A stretch of 37,579 nucleotides of DNA from a bacterium (lineage in GTDB: Bacteria > Vulcanimicrobiota > Xenobia > Xenobiales > Xenobiaceae): assembly GCA_017444045.1 (NCBI GenBank), contig JAFSXO010000047.1, positions 1 to 37,579 on the forward strand, in the 5' to 3' direction. The translations under genes and the position numbers were made by a program. Shown here in pieces: positions 15,319 through 24,764 of this stretch (position 1 is its first letter; each line of letters starts with the position of its first letter). The notes under the pieces are model-generated. The model saw only the letters and a program-made list of their open reading frames with translations, did not search any database and was not told the DNA's origin.

Positions 15319-16347
15319 CTAGTCTTCAGCGATCTCTTCGTCTGAGCCGCTGTCGGTCTTCATGAATTCATTGAGCAGTATGGTTGCGTAGGTTCCCGAA
15401 GGCAGATCGAAACAGAAGACTGGATCGCCGTCCAGCTTTTCTATGCTGAAGTTCTCAGGGCGAAGGCGCATACGCCGCCGGCTTCCTTCCGCTTTAAGGG
15501 AGCGGAAATCGCTCAGATTTAAACCGTGCGCTTCGAGTATGGCCTGCTCGCGTATGGCGGCCTGATTCTGTGCCGGCATCATCTTGTAGCCGAATATGGG
15601 GCCCATCGGGCTGATCTCAAACTGATCCAGGCGCGGCTGCTCTTTATCTGGCTCCAGGCTGACAAAGACACCGCCTCTGGGCAGGTGGCCGAATACGTCT
15701 CCCTCCAGGGCTGTCTCAAACATGCCGTCGTTTATGCGCTGGACTAGGTATTCGTTGAACAGCTGAGACTGAAGTGCCGAGATCATTAGCCATTTGCGCC
15801 ATTTGGGGCCGAACAGCTTTCCCGTTTTCAGTGCCTTTTCGCCTATAGCCGCGTTGCTGCCTTCGCGGCCGAAGCGCTGCGGCCCGTAAAAATTGGGGAA
15901 GCCGTGTGCGCTTAGAATGGCAGATATGTCTTGACAGCGCTTTTCCCAGTCGGGATGAGAATTGCGGACGCGTATGCGGAAGCGGTTGCCCAGCAGATGT
16001 CCTTTGCGCAGCTTATTGCGGTGCTGCCCCAAGATCCTGACCTGAGCTGAGCAGTCTGCTAGAGCGTCAGCATTGACTGTAGCTGGTACCGAAAAGCGCT
16101 GGGTGGTTACGGCCTGGCGGTCCTTCATGCCGGCAAAGCCGATCGCGTCTAGCGGGCAGTTTAGCAGGCGGGCCAGCTCGTTGGCGATAGCCTGAGTCGT
16201 TATCTGGCGTTTGGTTATTTCAAGGATTAAATGCTCCCCATCGCCGCAGGGCTCGTAGGCGGGGAGTTCTTGCACGATAAAATCTTCGGGACAGCAGCGC
16301 AAGCTACCGCCAATCCCGGGTACTGAAGCAGATATAAAAGGTAACAC
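15319..16347 (-). CDS. truD: tRNA pseudouridine(13) synthase TruD
   Basis: Motifs 'CPEDFIVQELP' and 'GMKDRQAVTTQRF' (the catalytic Asp motif). Size 342 aa. Confidence 0.9.
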   Translation of the reverse strand: MLPFISASVPGIGGSLRCCPEDFIVQELPAYEPCGDGEHLILEITKRQITTQAIANELARLLNCPLDAIGFAGMKDRQAVTTQRFSVPATVNADALADCSAQVRILGQHRNKLRKGHLLGNRFRIRVRNSHPDWEKRCQDISAILSAHGFPNFYGPQRFGREGSNAAIGEKALKTGKLFGPKWRKWLMISALQSQLFNEYLVQRINDGMFETALEGDVFGHLPRGGVFVSLEPDKEQPRLDQFEISPMGPIFGYKMMPAQNQAAIREQAILEAHGLNLSDFRSLKAEGSRRRMRLRPENFSIEKLDGDPVFCFDLPSGTYATILLNEFMKTDSGSDEEIAED

Positions 16348-16506
16348 AGTGCTTGCTTTTTCGCCTTGTGAGCGATTGTCTCCCCCTTGCTGTTATTGAT
16401 AAATGGCATAGGCGAGCGAAGCAGGGAATTGTTTGACATTTGGCAAATCTATAAGTTTGGAATTTGGCAAAATATTAAGTCCTTTCGCCTGACCTAGGAG
16501 GCTTTT

Positions 16507-19500
16507 ATGGCAACTATCGGTACCCAGTCATTCAGTCGTTTAGTTGGCGTGCGCAAAAATAAGACGGGAGAAGCCGTCTCCCTGCGCCGCGCATTGGCCG
16601 ATCCAATCCTGGGAGCGAAGGTTCTCGCCAATTTCCGGTTTATCACCCCGCAGTATGATGTGCTTAGGGCGTTCGCCAGCAGTGCGCTTTCCGGGGGCTC
16701 CGTGGCTTTGGCCGGGGCTGGGGGTACGGGCAAATCGAGTCTGATGTTCGCATTAGGGCGCTTGCTTACCGTAGATTATCCCAGCGATGAGTTTACTAAG
16801 CTAAGCGATGTTGTGCAGGATGTGCATTTGGTGCGCGCGCTGGCAGGCCTGCGCACCGCCGGACGCAACTGGCTGATAGCCGTTCCGGATTTTAGCAGCG
16901 GTGATTTCAGTTACGCTATGCGCGGAGCTATAAATGGCGCGCTATTAAGCTCTGATAGAACGAGCGAATTTGTCCCCCAGAATGATACTCTAGTCGCTGA
17001 ATACAGCGATACTGCAGCGTTTCTTCACGAACAGGGCAGCTTTGATGGCCTTTTGATTCTGGGCGATAATTTTGAAGGTATTTTAAGCGACTGTGCGACT
17101 AATGCAGACGGAGACAACGCTCAGGCTCTGCGAGAATTTACTGGCTTCTGTGCTTCCAGTCCCTTCCCGGTGCTTTTTGTTGTCGCGGTTGAGCGCGATC
17201 TGAGCTCCCTGAGTGTAGCCGAAGAGGATCTGCTGCTCGACACCTTCCAGAAGGTTCAGCCTGTAACTCTGCTGGGCAAGAGCGGTGAATGGGAGGATCT
17301 GGTCGCTGCCACAATTCTGTATCATCCCGAGGATGATATCTGGAGCGATGCCGTAGATTATAAGGATTTCCGTTCCATTGTTGAAGGCACTGTCCGTCAG
17401 GGGCTATATGCTGGCAACAGCGACAAATGGTTAAATGATACGGTTGTCTGCGGAGCGTATCCCATACACCCCGCGGCTCTGTTTGCCCTGCCGCGTGTGG
17501 CGATGAATTTAAGCTCCAGCACTAAGACAGCCTTTAGATTTTTTACCGATGAGGGGCCTGGCGGGCTGGCTTATTTCTTGAATAACTATGCTGTAGTGCA
17601 GCCCAATGGCCGCCTGAATCTGTATACCGTTGACTGGCTGTGCACCTACTTCGAAAAGGTTATTCAGACCGACGCACATAACAGCTTTTACACCGCGGCA
17701 TTGCAGAATGCTATTTTAGCGGCGGGCGATGTTCCGCAGTCCAGGCGTATTCTGCGCTTGATTATGATCATGCAGCTTATCGGCCACGACCGTCTGCGTC
17801 CTCAGCTAGAGACAATTATCTGGGCCTTGCATTTAGGCGAACGCGAGGAGCGGACTGTGCGCCATAGCCTTACGCTTCTGCTGCAGAAGAAGGCTCTCGA
17901 GTATTCTGAAGCTACCAAGGAATATCTGCTGCCCGTGCCCAGGCATGAGGTTAATGTTCCGCAGGCCGTACAGCGCAGCCGTAACCGTATGCGCGCTCAG
18001 TTGGATCTGCGCCAGGAGCTGCAGACTGGTCTGCACTCTCTGCGCATTAAAGCGCGTGGCTATAATGAGCGCTATTGCACTGATCGCTGCGGAGCTATGC
18101 GGGCATTTCTTTCTTCAGATGTGTGTGAGCCGTCGCATTTCTTTGAAGTGGTAGACGATTTTGTTGGAAGTATGTCTCCTTATCGCGGCGATGTGCTGTT
18201 CGCTTTTGTTATTCCGAATTCCGAAAGCGATATGCAGGATATCATTGAGCGCATTAAGGAGGGCAAATATAACCATCCGCGTTTGGTTATGGCCGTACCT
18301 AAACAGGCGCACCGTTTTGCCAGCGATATTTTGGAGGTGCGCACTTTAGAGCGTATGCTTAGCCTTGAGCCGCCCTTCTCGGATTCTACAACTGCTGAGC
18401 ATGCTCAGATTGAAAGAATGCTGAAAAAGGTGACTTCCGCTCTGGACGGTTACGCTAACGCTCTGCTGGATCACGAGAATGTTGAGTTCTATTACAATGG
18501 AGATTTGCTGGCGTTTAAAGATGATGAGCAGGTCGAGAATTGGTTAGACGATCATCTGCCCAAGCTGGTGGGTACGCCTCCGCTTATTGCGTCGGCGGAG
18601 CTTATGTCTCTGTGCGACAGCGGCCTGAATCGCCGCAACCGTCAAAGCCTGATTTATTATCTTTTGGTTACCGGAGATTCTATTGCTATCCGCAGCGACG
18701 CCCGCTCCATTAAGAATATGGTCGAACAGAGTCTGGTGCGTACGGGCATTCTGTGCGAAACGATGCGCAAGGGCTTTTGGACTCATTATGCGCTGAATAA
18801 TGAAATACCCGATACGGGCTTGGGCAAGGCGTTCAATACAATTGTCAGCAGGATTCTAGAGACGGCCGAGACCGATACTACGGTGTGTGTTAGAGATTTG
18901 GTGCGTCCCTGGATGGCCGCTCCTCACGCTATGACACCGGCTCTTATGGAGCTGCTTCTGGCTGTAATAATGTGGCGCTGGCCTCGCGAAATTAAACTGT
19001 TTAACAACAATCTGCGCGCTCAGGCCGAATCGCGTCCCGATCTGCTTACAGAGGCTGAGCATACCGCTGAAAATGTGGCCGACATGGTCGCTAATTCCAG
19101 TGACTGGGTGATTTGCTACAGCGAAGCTGATAAGCATCAGAAGCGCTACTTAGAGGGTATTTGCAGTGTCGCTGGCGTCTCTGCCGAGCATGAAGGCTCC
19201 TTCTGGAATTATGCCGCTAAGGCTCTGCTCAATTGGTACAGGTCTTTGGATGCATCCCTGCGTGAACCCGCGCTTATTAAAACCCAGGAGCTGCAAAGAT
19301 TTAATCTGTGCTTGGCTAATGCCGCGGCGCAGGATAATCGCCTGCGCGAGTTCCTTGAGAATAAGCTGCCGACCGTATTGGGGGAGCCTGCGGTGTTCTC
19401 CTGGGTTGCCGAAGCCGATACCCTAGTAAACCGTCTTAAAGATATAAGCGCGAAGCTGGCTGGCCAGATCGCTGAGCGCCGGGAGCTTTTGGAAAAAGAA

Positions 19501-20604
19501 CTGGCGCAGGCCTTTGCTTCCGAGGAAGCTAACGGGAAGGTCTGGTTCGATGAGGCAGAGCGCTGGCTGGCAGCCCTTAAGCCAGATACGCAGATAGGCG
19601 TATGGCAGAGCGATTATGATGCTCTTAAGAATGCGCTGGCTCATCCCCTCGAAGAGCGCCTAGATGCGCTGGTTGTGAGCTTGGGCTATCCTGAAATGCG
19701 CGTTTGGAAAAATGACTGCGCTGCCGATATAGCTGAGCGCATGAAGACTATGCGCTACGCTCTGGATTGGGAGTATTACTGCAGAAGCTACAGGATTGCC
19801 GATGTTCAGCAGGCGGCGGCCAGCTTAGGCCTGGATGTGCTGCGCGCAAGCGGTCTCAGCCGTGAGGGTATCGAAGAGCTGCTGGAGCTTTATCTGCGCG
19901 CTATTGCCTGGCCTGAAGCCATGGACGAGGCAGAGGATGAGTTGGCCTCGGTTATCGTCGCCGACAGCTTGGCTGAGGCCGAGACTAAAGATGTTGGAGA
20001 CTGGCTGTACGAAGATTCCGCAGGGATTATGGAAGGCTTGCCGGTCGTAGCGCCAGCTGACGAGAGTGACGATCTGGGAATTGCCGGATTGGAGTGGGAG
20101 CTCGATGGCAGTGACTTCCTGGAATCTGATGCCGAAGATGAAGAGTATGAGGAGGATGTTCCCGAAGTAGCGGTTGCGGACGAGTCCGACGAAGCTGCCG
20201 AAGCTGTACCCCAAGCAGAGCCAAAGCGCACTAGCGGTCTGTCCTTTGATTTAGCGGCTTTGGTAAGCCGCTTTAGCAAAGCGCGTGCCGATGCCGACAA
20301 AGAAAAGGAAGCTGAGCCTGCCGAAGAGCTGCTTTCTTCTGAGGGAGGCGATGAGGCTGCCGCTGCCATTTATGAGAGTGGCTCTGCGCCAGTGCAGGCT
20401 GAAGAAGCGGCTGTAGAGACAGGCGAAGCAGATCACGATTTCGCTTCTCTTGGCTTTATGAGCCATATGGCTCAGGAGATGCCTGAGTCTAATGCAGCTC
20501 AGGAAATTGTTTCTGAGCCGACCGCTGAGCCCGAAGAATCCAATACAGCTGCGGAAGCAAGCTATGATGATGATCTAGACGACTTGACCTTGCAGTGGCT
20601 GTAA
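16507..20604 (+). CDS. Large P-loop NTPase (possibly BrxC/PglY-like, DUF499-type) with a ~225-aa acidic low-complexity C-terminal tail
   Basis: SD 'aggagg'. Walker A 'LAGAGGTGKSSLMFALG'. Candidate Walker B 'LLILGDNFE'. 'YPIHPAALFALPRV' recalls the 'YPFHP' segment of DUF499/BrxC-type ATPases. The tail from ~19920 is D/E/A-rich and ends 'DDDLDDLTLQWL'. Confidence 0.85.
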   Translation: MATIGTQSFSRLVGVRKNKTGEAVSLRRALADPILGAKVLANFRFITPQYDVLRAFASSALSGGSVALAGAGGTGKSSLMFALGRLLTVDYPSDEFTKLSDVVQDVHLVRALAGLRTAGRNWLIAVPDFSSGDFSYAMRGAINGALLSSDRTSEFVPQNDTLVAEYSDTAAFLHEQGSFDGLLILGDNFEGILSDCATNADGDNAQALREFTGFCASSPFPVLFVVAVERDLSSLSVAEEDLLLDTFQKVQPVTLLGKSGEWEDLVAATILYHPEDDIWSDAVDYKDFRSIVEGTVRQGLYAGNSDKWLNDTVVCGAYPIHPAALFALPRVAMNLSSSTKTAFRFFTDEGPGGLAYFLNNYAVVQPNGRLNLYTVDWLCTYFEKVIQTDAHNSFYTAALQNAILAAGDVPQSRRILRLIMIMQLIGHDRLRPQLETIIWALHLGEREERTVRHSLTLLLQKKALEYSEATKEYLLPVPRHEVNVPQAVQRSRNRMRAQLDLRQELQTGLHSLRIKARGYNERYCTDRCGAMRAFLSSDVCEPSHFFEVVDDFVGSMSPYRGDVLFAFVIPNSESDMQDIIERIKEGKYNHPRLVMAVPKQAHRFASDILEVRTLERMLSLEPPFSDSTTAEHAQIERMLKKVTSALDGYANALLDHENVEFYYNGDLLAFKDDEQVENWLDDHLPKLVGTPPLIASAELMSLCDSGLNRRNRQSLIYYLLVTGDSIAIRSDARSIKNMVEQSLVRTGILCETMRKGFWTHYALNNEIPDTGLGKAFNTIVSRILETAETDTTVCVRDLVRPWMAAPHAMTPALMELLLAVIMWRWPREIKLFNNNLRAQAESRPDLLTEAEHTAENVADMVANSSDWVICYSEADKHQKRYLEGICSVAGVSAEHEGSFWNYAAKALLNWYRSLDASLREPALIKTQELQRFNLCLANAAAQDNRLREFLENKLPTVLGEPAVFSWVAEADTLVNRLKDISAKLAGQIAERRELLEKELAQAFASEEANGKVWFDEAERWLAALKPDTQIGVWQSDYDALKNALAHPLEERLDALVVSLGYPEMRVWKNDCAADIAERMKTMRYALDWEYYCRSYRIADVQQAAASLGLDVLRASGLSREGIEELLELYLRAIAWPEAMDEAEDELASVIVADSLAEAETKDVGDWLYEDSAGIMEGLPVVAPADESDDLGIAGLEWELDGSDFLESDAEDEEYEEDVPEVAVADESDEAAEAVPQAEPKRTSGLSFDLAALVSRFSKARADADKEKEAEPAEELLSSEGGDEAAAAIYESGSAPVQAEEAAVETGEADHDFASLGFMSHMAQEMPESNAAQEIVSEPTAEPEESNTAAEASYDDDLDDLTLQWL

Positions 20605-20613
20605 GCTTTGGCT

Positions 20614-20640
20614 AAGCCGCAGGTGCGGCTTTCTCTCTGA
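20614..20640 (+). terminator. Weak terminator-like hairpin after the large NTPase gene
   Basis: A 7-bp stem 'aagccgc'/'gcggctt' with loop 'aggt', followed by the pyrimidine-rich 'tctctctga'. There is no clean U-tract. Confidence 0.45.
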
Positions 20641-20763
20641 TTTCGCGTCAAAAGGAAAAAGGGATAAAATAACGAAAATATAAAAAGTTGTTTTTTGTTA
20701 TCTCATCAAATCTGATGGTCGACCCTGTAGACCTGCAAAGAGGTCTTAGGAAAGGGTTCTGTT

Positions 20764-22026
20764 GTGGCTCAGTTGCAAACTCTTACAGCTTTAGATATAG
20801 GCTCCAGTAAAGTCGTTTGTGTGATAGGCGGAATCTCTCCTGACGGTGGCTTGAGCGTTTTAGCGCGCGGGATAGCCCCTTGCTTTGGCGTGTCTAACGG
20901 TGTCATAGTCGACAGCGGTCAAACGGTAGAGGCTATTATCAAAGCTGTTGCAGAAGCTGAAACGAGCGGATATTCTGCCAGCCCTGTTTTGGTGGGACTG
21001 ACCTCTGAGAATTTGGTCTTTAGGATGGGCCATGGTGTTACGGCAGTAGCCAATAAAGAAGGCGAGATAACAAATGCAGACAAAGAACGCGCCGAAGCCA
21101 GTGCCAGTATGGTTGGTGTGCCATCAGATCACGAGATCGTGTCGACAGCTACGCGCGCTTTTAATGTAGATGGACAGAAGGATATAATTAATCCTGTCGG
21201 ACTGTCTGGGGTTCGCCTGGAAGCAGAAGCGTATATCTGTACCGCGCCGATGCACTATACTCAGAACATTCGCCGTGTTATCGAGAAGGCTGGGCTGCAC
21301 ATCTCCAAGCAGGGATTTTTGCCCGTTGCTTTGGCGTCTGCTTTGGCTGTGCTTACAGACGAGGAACGGGATGTTGGCGCTCTTGTGGTCGATATCGGCA
21401 TGGGGGTGTCAGATCTGTCCGTCCATTCCGCCAAAGAAGTCGGACACGCTGCCGTGTTGGCTAAAGGCGGGCGCTTTATTGCCGATGATGTGGCTGGCCA
21501 TTTTAATATAACTAAGAGCGAGGCTGAGCGCTTATTTAGGGAATATGGCATCGCAGCGGCAGAGTATTTGAGCCCTAAAGTCGCTAATGAGCAGGTTACA
21601 GCATTGTCTGCGTCAGGCGACACCGATGTACGTATCAGTCGCCGCGAGCTAGCCGATGTTATTGAAGCCAGACTTCAGGAAATAATCGGCTGGGTTAAGG
21701 AGCATATGGCTGAGGCACGGGAGCAAGGCTTGGCCGTATCCGGTGTAGTTCTCACCGGAGGCGTATCACTATTGCCTGCCATTGACCATCGCTTTAGCAA
21801 GGATTTGGGCGTAACGGTACGCGTTGCGGCTCCCTGCCGTCTGGAGGCTATTCCCAAAAATCTGGATTCGCCGCTTTTTTCGGCGACAGTCGGCCTCTTA
21901 GCATTTGGGGCACATATGGCTAAAAACTCTATTTCAGATGAAACGGACGATCGTGCCGATTCGCATAGCGGTCCGTTTGGATGGTTCTGGAAAATAGCCG
22001 ATTGGTGCAGTAGGATGTTTACGTAG
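20764..22026 (+). CDS. ftsA: Cell division protein FtsA (actin-like ATPase)
   Basis: GTG start. Motifs 'LDIGSSKVVCVIGG', 'LVVDIGMGVSDLSV' and 'GVVLTGGVSLLPAI'. C-terminal amphipathic membrane-targeting helix 'GPFGWFWKIADWCSRMF'. Confidence 0.88.
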   Translation: MAQLQTLTALDIGSSKVVCVIGGISPDGGLSVLARGIAPCFGVSNGVIVDSGQTVEAIIKAVAEAETSGYSASPVLVGLTSENLVFRMGHGVTAVANKEGEITNADKERAEASASMVGVPSDHEIVSTATRAFNVDGQKDIINPVGLSGVRLEAEAYICTAPMHYTQNIRRVIEKAGLHISKQGFLPVALASALAVLTDEERDVGALVVDIGMGVSDLSVHSAKEVGHAAVLAKGGRFIADDVAGHFNITKSEAERLFREYGIAAAEYLSPKVANEQVTALSASGDTDVRISRRELADVIEARLQEIIGWVKEHMAEAREQGLAVSGVVLTGGVSLLPAIDHRFSKDLGVTVRVAAPCRLEAIPKNLDSPLFSATVGLLAFGAHMAKNSISDETDDRADSHSGPFGWFWKIADWCSRMFT

Positions 22027-22028
22027 TT

Positions 22029-22502
22029 ATGCATTGTCCTTTTTGTAGCCAAGAAGATACCCGCGTGACCGATTCGCGAGTATGGGACAATGGTGACAGC
22101 ATTAGGCGTCGCCGCGAATGTCCGTCGTGCAAGCGCAGGTTTTGGACATTTGAAAGGCGTGATACGTCTCTTTTATGGGTGCTTAAGAAAAACGGCAGCC
22201 GCCAGGCCTTTGACCGCGGTAAAATTCGCGCTGGTCTGGATCAGGCTTGCCGCAAACGCCCTGTGTCTTCTGAAACTAAAGATGCTATCGTCGACGAGCT
22301 TGAGCGCGATTTAAGAGCGTTGGCTACCGATGGCATAATATCGTCAGTTACCATAGGTGAGCTCATCATGGAAAGGCTGATAGATATAGACGAAGTCGCA
22401 TATGTGCGTTTTGCTTCAGTGTATAAAGCATTTAATGACGTTAATAGCTTTTCTGACTTTTTGGCAGAAATGAGCAAACGGTGTAAAAACGAGGAGAAAT
22501 AG
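22029..22502 (+). CDS. nrdR: Transcriptional repressor NrdR (zinc ribbon + ATP-cone)
   Basis: Motifs 'MHCPFCSQEDTRVTDSR' and 'ECPSCKRRFWTFER'. Size 157 aa. Confidence 0.95.
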   Translation: MHCPFCSQEDTRVTDSRVWDNGDSIRRRRECPSCKRRFWTFERRDTSLLWVLKKNGSRQAFDRGKIRAGLDQACRKRPVSSETKDAIVDELERDLRALATDGIISSVTIGELIMERLIDIDEVAYVRFASVYKAFNDVNSFSDFLAEMSKRCKNEEK

Positions 22503-23323
22503 TGAGTACTTCTATAGTCGAATGTGTTAACGCTGCTGTGGCAGCCGTTCGCGCTAAAACAGATTTAGTTCCGCAAATTGCTATGATTTTAGGCTCCGGA
22601 TTGGGCAGCCTAGCCGATGAGGTAGAGAACCCTGTTGCCGTTTCGTTTAGCGACATTCCGGGGTTTGCCACTTCTACCGTATCCGGACATGTAGGCGAGC
22701 TGGTTATCGGCACCCTTGAAAATCATGTCGTTTGCATTATGCGCGGCCGTGTGCATTACTATGAAGGCATAAGCATGCGCCAGGTAACCTTCCCGGTTCG
22801 GGTTATGAAGGCTTTAGGTGCTAGCACCTTATTCGTTACCAATGCCAGCGGCGGTATATCTCCGCAGTTTAAGGTTGGCGATCTGATGCTGATAAGCGAT
22901 CATATTAATTTCACCGGAACCAATCCTCTGATTGGCCCCAATGAAGAAGAGCTTGGCCCCCGCTTCCCCGCTATGTCTCGCGCTTATGACGAAGGTCTGC
23001 GGAATAAAGCTAAGCAGGTCGCCGCTAAATTGGGCGTTGAGCTGCATGAGGGTGTGTACTGGGGCAACTCTGGGCCGTCTTACGAGACTCCAGCTGAAAT
23101 TAAAATGATCGGCATTCTCGGAGGCGATGCGGTAGGCATGTCGACCGTTCCCGAAGTCATCGTAGCTTCCCATGCCGGAATGCGCGTGCTGGGTATATCC
23201 TGTATTACCAATGTGCTGCATCAGGGGCCGTCTACAGATACTCACACCGATGTGCTTAAAGCCGCTAGCGACGCGCGTCCTCGTTTTATCAATTTGGTTC
23301 GCGGTATTGTTAAGGAGATATAA
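22502..23323 (+). CDS. punA: Purine nucleoside phosphorylase (trimeric PNP family, 6-oxopurine type)
   Basis: The GTG start overlaps the nrdR stop by 1 nt. Motifs 'AMILGSGLGSLAD', 'MRGRVHYYEG', 'GPSYETPAE', 'GMSTVPEVIVA' and 'CITN' (specificity Asn present). Confidence 0.92.
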   Translation: MSTSIVECVNAAVAAVRAKTDLVPQIAMILGSGLGSLADEVENPVAVSFSDIPGFATSTVSGHVGELVIGTLENHVVCIMRGRVHYYEGISMRQVTFPVRVMKALGASTLFVTNASGGISPQFKVGDLMLISDHINFTGTNPLIGPNEEELGPRFPAMSRAYDEGLRNKAKQVAAKLGVELHEGVYWGNSGPSYETPAEIKMIGILGGDAVGMSTVPEVIVASHAGMRVLGISCITNVLHQGPSTDTHTDVLKAASDARPRFINLVRGIVKEI

Positions 23324-23326
23324 ACA

Positions 23327-24640
23327 ATGAATCCCTATCAGCTTATATTGAAGAAGAGAAATGGCGGCGTATTGTCTAAAGATGAAATACGCGAATTTGT
23401 ACTGGGTTTTGCTCAGGGTACTGGTGTAGAAGACTATCAGATGGCCGCATGGCTGATGGCCGTTTGGTATCAGGGTATGAATGTCGAAGAGCTTTCGGCA
23501 CTCACCCAGGCCATGATCGATTCTGGCGATCAGCTAGATTTGTCCTGCCTGCCAGGCGTTAAGGTCGACAAGCATTCCACTGGCGGTGTGGGCGACACTA
23601 CCACGCTGATCCTGGCTCCTTTGGCGGCTGCCGCCGGAGCGACTGTGGCTAAAATGTCCGGCCGCGGCTTGGGCCACACAGGCGGAACCTTAGACAAATT
23701 GGAATCCGTGCCTGGCCTGCGCACCGGGCTGACCGGTGATGAGTTTATCGCCCAGGTTAAAAAGATCGGCTGTGCCGTTATTAGCCAGACCGGCAATTTA
23801 GTCCCTGCCGACGGCAAAATGTATGCCCTGCGCGATGTTACGGCTACGGTGGATTCTATTCCGCTGATCGCTTCTTCTGTAATGAGCAAAAAGCTCGCCT
23901 GCGGCGCTGACTGCATCCTGCTCGACGTTAAGTACGGCCGAGGAGCCTTTATGGATACCCTCGACAATGCCCGTGAGCTGGCTCGCCGTATGGTCGATTT
24001 GGGCAACCATATGGGACGCCGTGTGCGTGCTGTAATCTCCGATATGGATCAGCCTTTGGGAACTATGATCGGCAACGCCTTAGAGGTGCGCGAGGCTATT
24101 GAAATTTTGCGCAATGAGCGTCCTGGCTCTGCTCTGGAGACAGTATCCGTAGAGCTGGCTGCCCATCTGCTCGAGATGGCGAAGATTTGTCCTAACCTGG
24201 AGAAGTCCCGTGAGCGCGTGCGCGAGCTGCTGGTCAGCGGTGCCGGTCTTAAGAAGCTGGCGGAAATGTTTGCCGCGCAGGGCGGCGATGCCCGCGTATG
24301 CGACGATGTCAGCTATCTGCCCCAGGCTCCCAAAACTGTCGAGGTTAAGGCACCTAGGTCAGGGTATGTTACCAGCATTCACGCCCAGAAGATCGGCTTG
24401 GCATCTACTGCTCTGGGAGCGGGCCGCGTGAAGAAGAGCGATCCGATCGATCCCGCCGTCGGTATCATTATGGAGCGCCGGGTGGGCGATGCCATTGAGG
24501 CTGGTCAGCCTTTGGCTATTTTGCACACTCAGGATAAGCCTGAGGCTATAGAGGAAGCTACCCGTTTAATTTTAGAATCTATCGTCATAGGCGATGAAAA
24601 AACGGCTCCCCGTAAACTAATAGAAGAAGTCGTAGAATAG
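23327..24640 (+). CDS. pdp: Pyrimidine-nucleoside (thymidine) phosphorylase
   Basis: SD 'aaggag'. Motifs 'DKHSTGGVGDTT' and 'MSGRGLGHTGGTLDKLE'. Confidence 0.93.
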   Translation: MNPYQLILKKRNGGVLSKDEIREFVLGFAQGTGVEDYQMAAWLMAVWYQGMNVEELSALTQAMIDSGDQLDLSCLPGVKVDKHSTGGVGDTTTLILAPLAAAAGATVAKMSGRGLGHTGGTLDKLESVPGLRTGLTGDEFIAQVKKIGCAVISQTGNLVPADGKMYALRDVTATVDSIPLIASSVMSKKLACGADCILLDVKYGRGAFMDTLDNARELARRMVDLGNHMGRRVRAVISDMDQPLGTMIGNALEVREAIEILRNERPGSALETVSVELAAHLLEMAKICPNLEKSRERVRELLVSGAGLKKLAEMFAAQGGDARVCDDVSYLPQAPKTVEVKAPRSGYVTSIHAQKIGLASTALGAGRVKKSDPIDPAVGIIMERRVGDAIEAGQPLAILHTQDKPEAIEEATRLILESIVIGDEKTAPRKLIEEVVE

Positions 24641-24652
24641 CTTCTTCCCGAT

Positions 24653-24694
24653 ATTAGCAAGGCTTGCCCATGCGGGCAGGCCTTGTTCGCTAAT
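24653..24694 (+). terminator. Terminator-like extended hairpin after pdp
   Basis: A 12-bp stem 'caaggcttgccc'/'gggcaggccttg' (one mismatch, loop 'atgc') is extended by 'attagc'/'gctaat'. There is no clear U-tract. Confidence 0.5.
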
Positions 24695-24764
24695 GTTGTC
24701 AGCGATAATAGACATTTGGGGCTGATGGCTGTATTTATTATGTTCGGGAAGGATAGCATATTAG

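Noticed and set aside
19890-20369. 159-aa Ser-rich minus-strand ORF, together with the 26996-27520 minus-strand Ala/Ser-rich ORF
   Set aside because: These are mirror images of the low-complexity acidic and basic tails on the + strand. The open frames are a compositional artefact.
16507-22026. A BREX-type defence island around the BrxC-like NTPase
   Set aside because: No PglX methyltransferase, PglZ phosphatase, BrxA/B/L or any other defence gene is present. The flanking genes are truD and ftsA. Only an orphan ATPase can be claimed.
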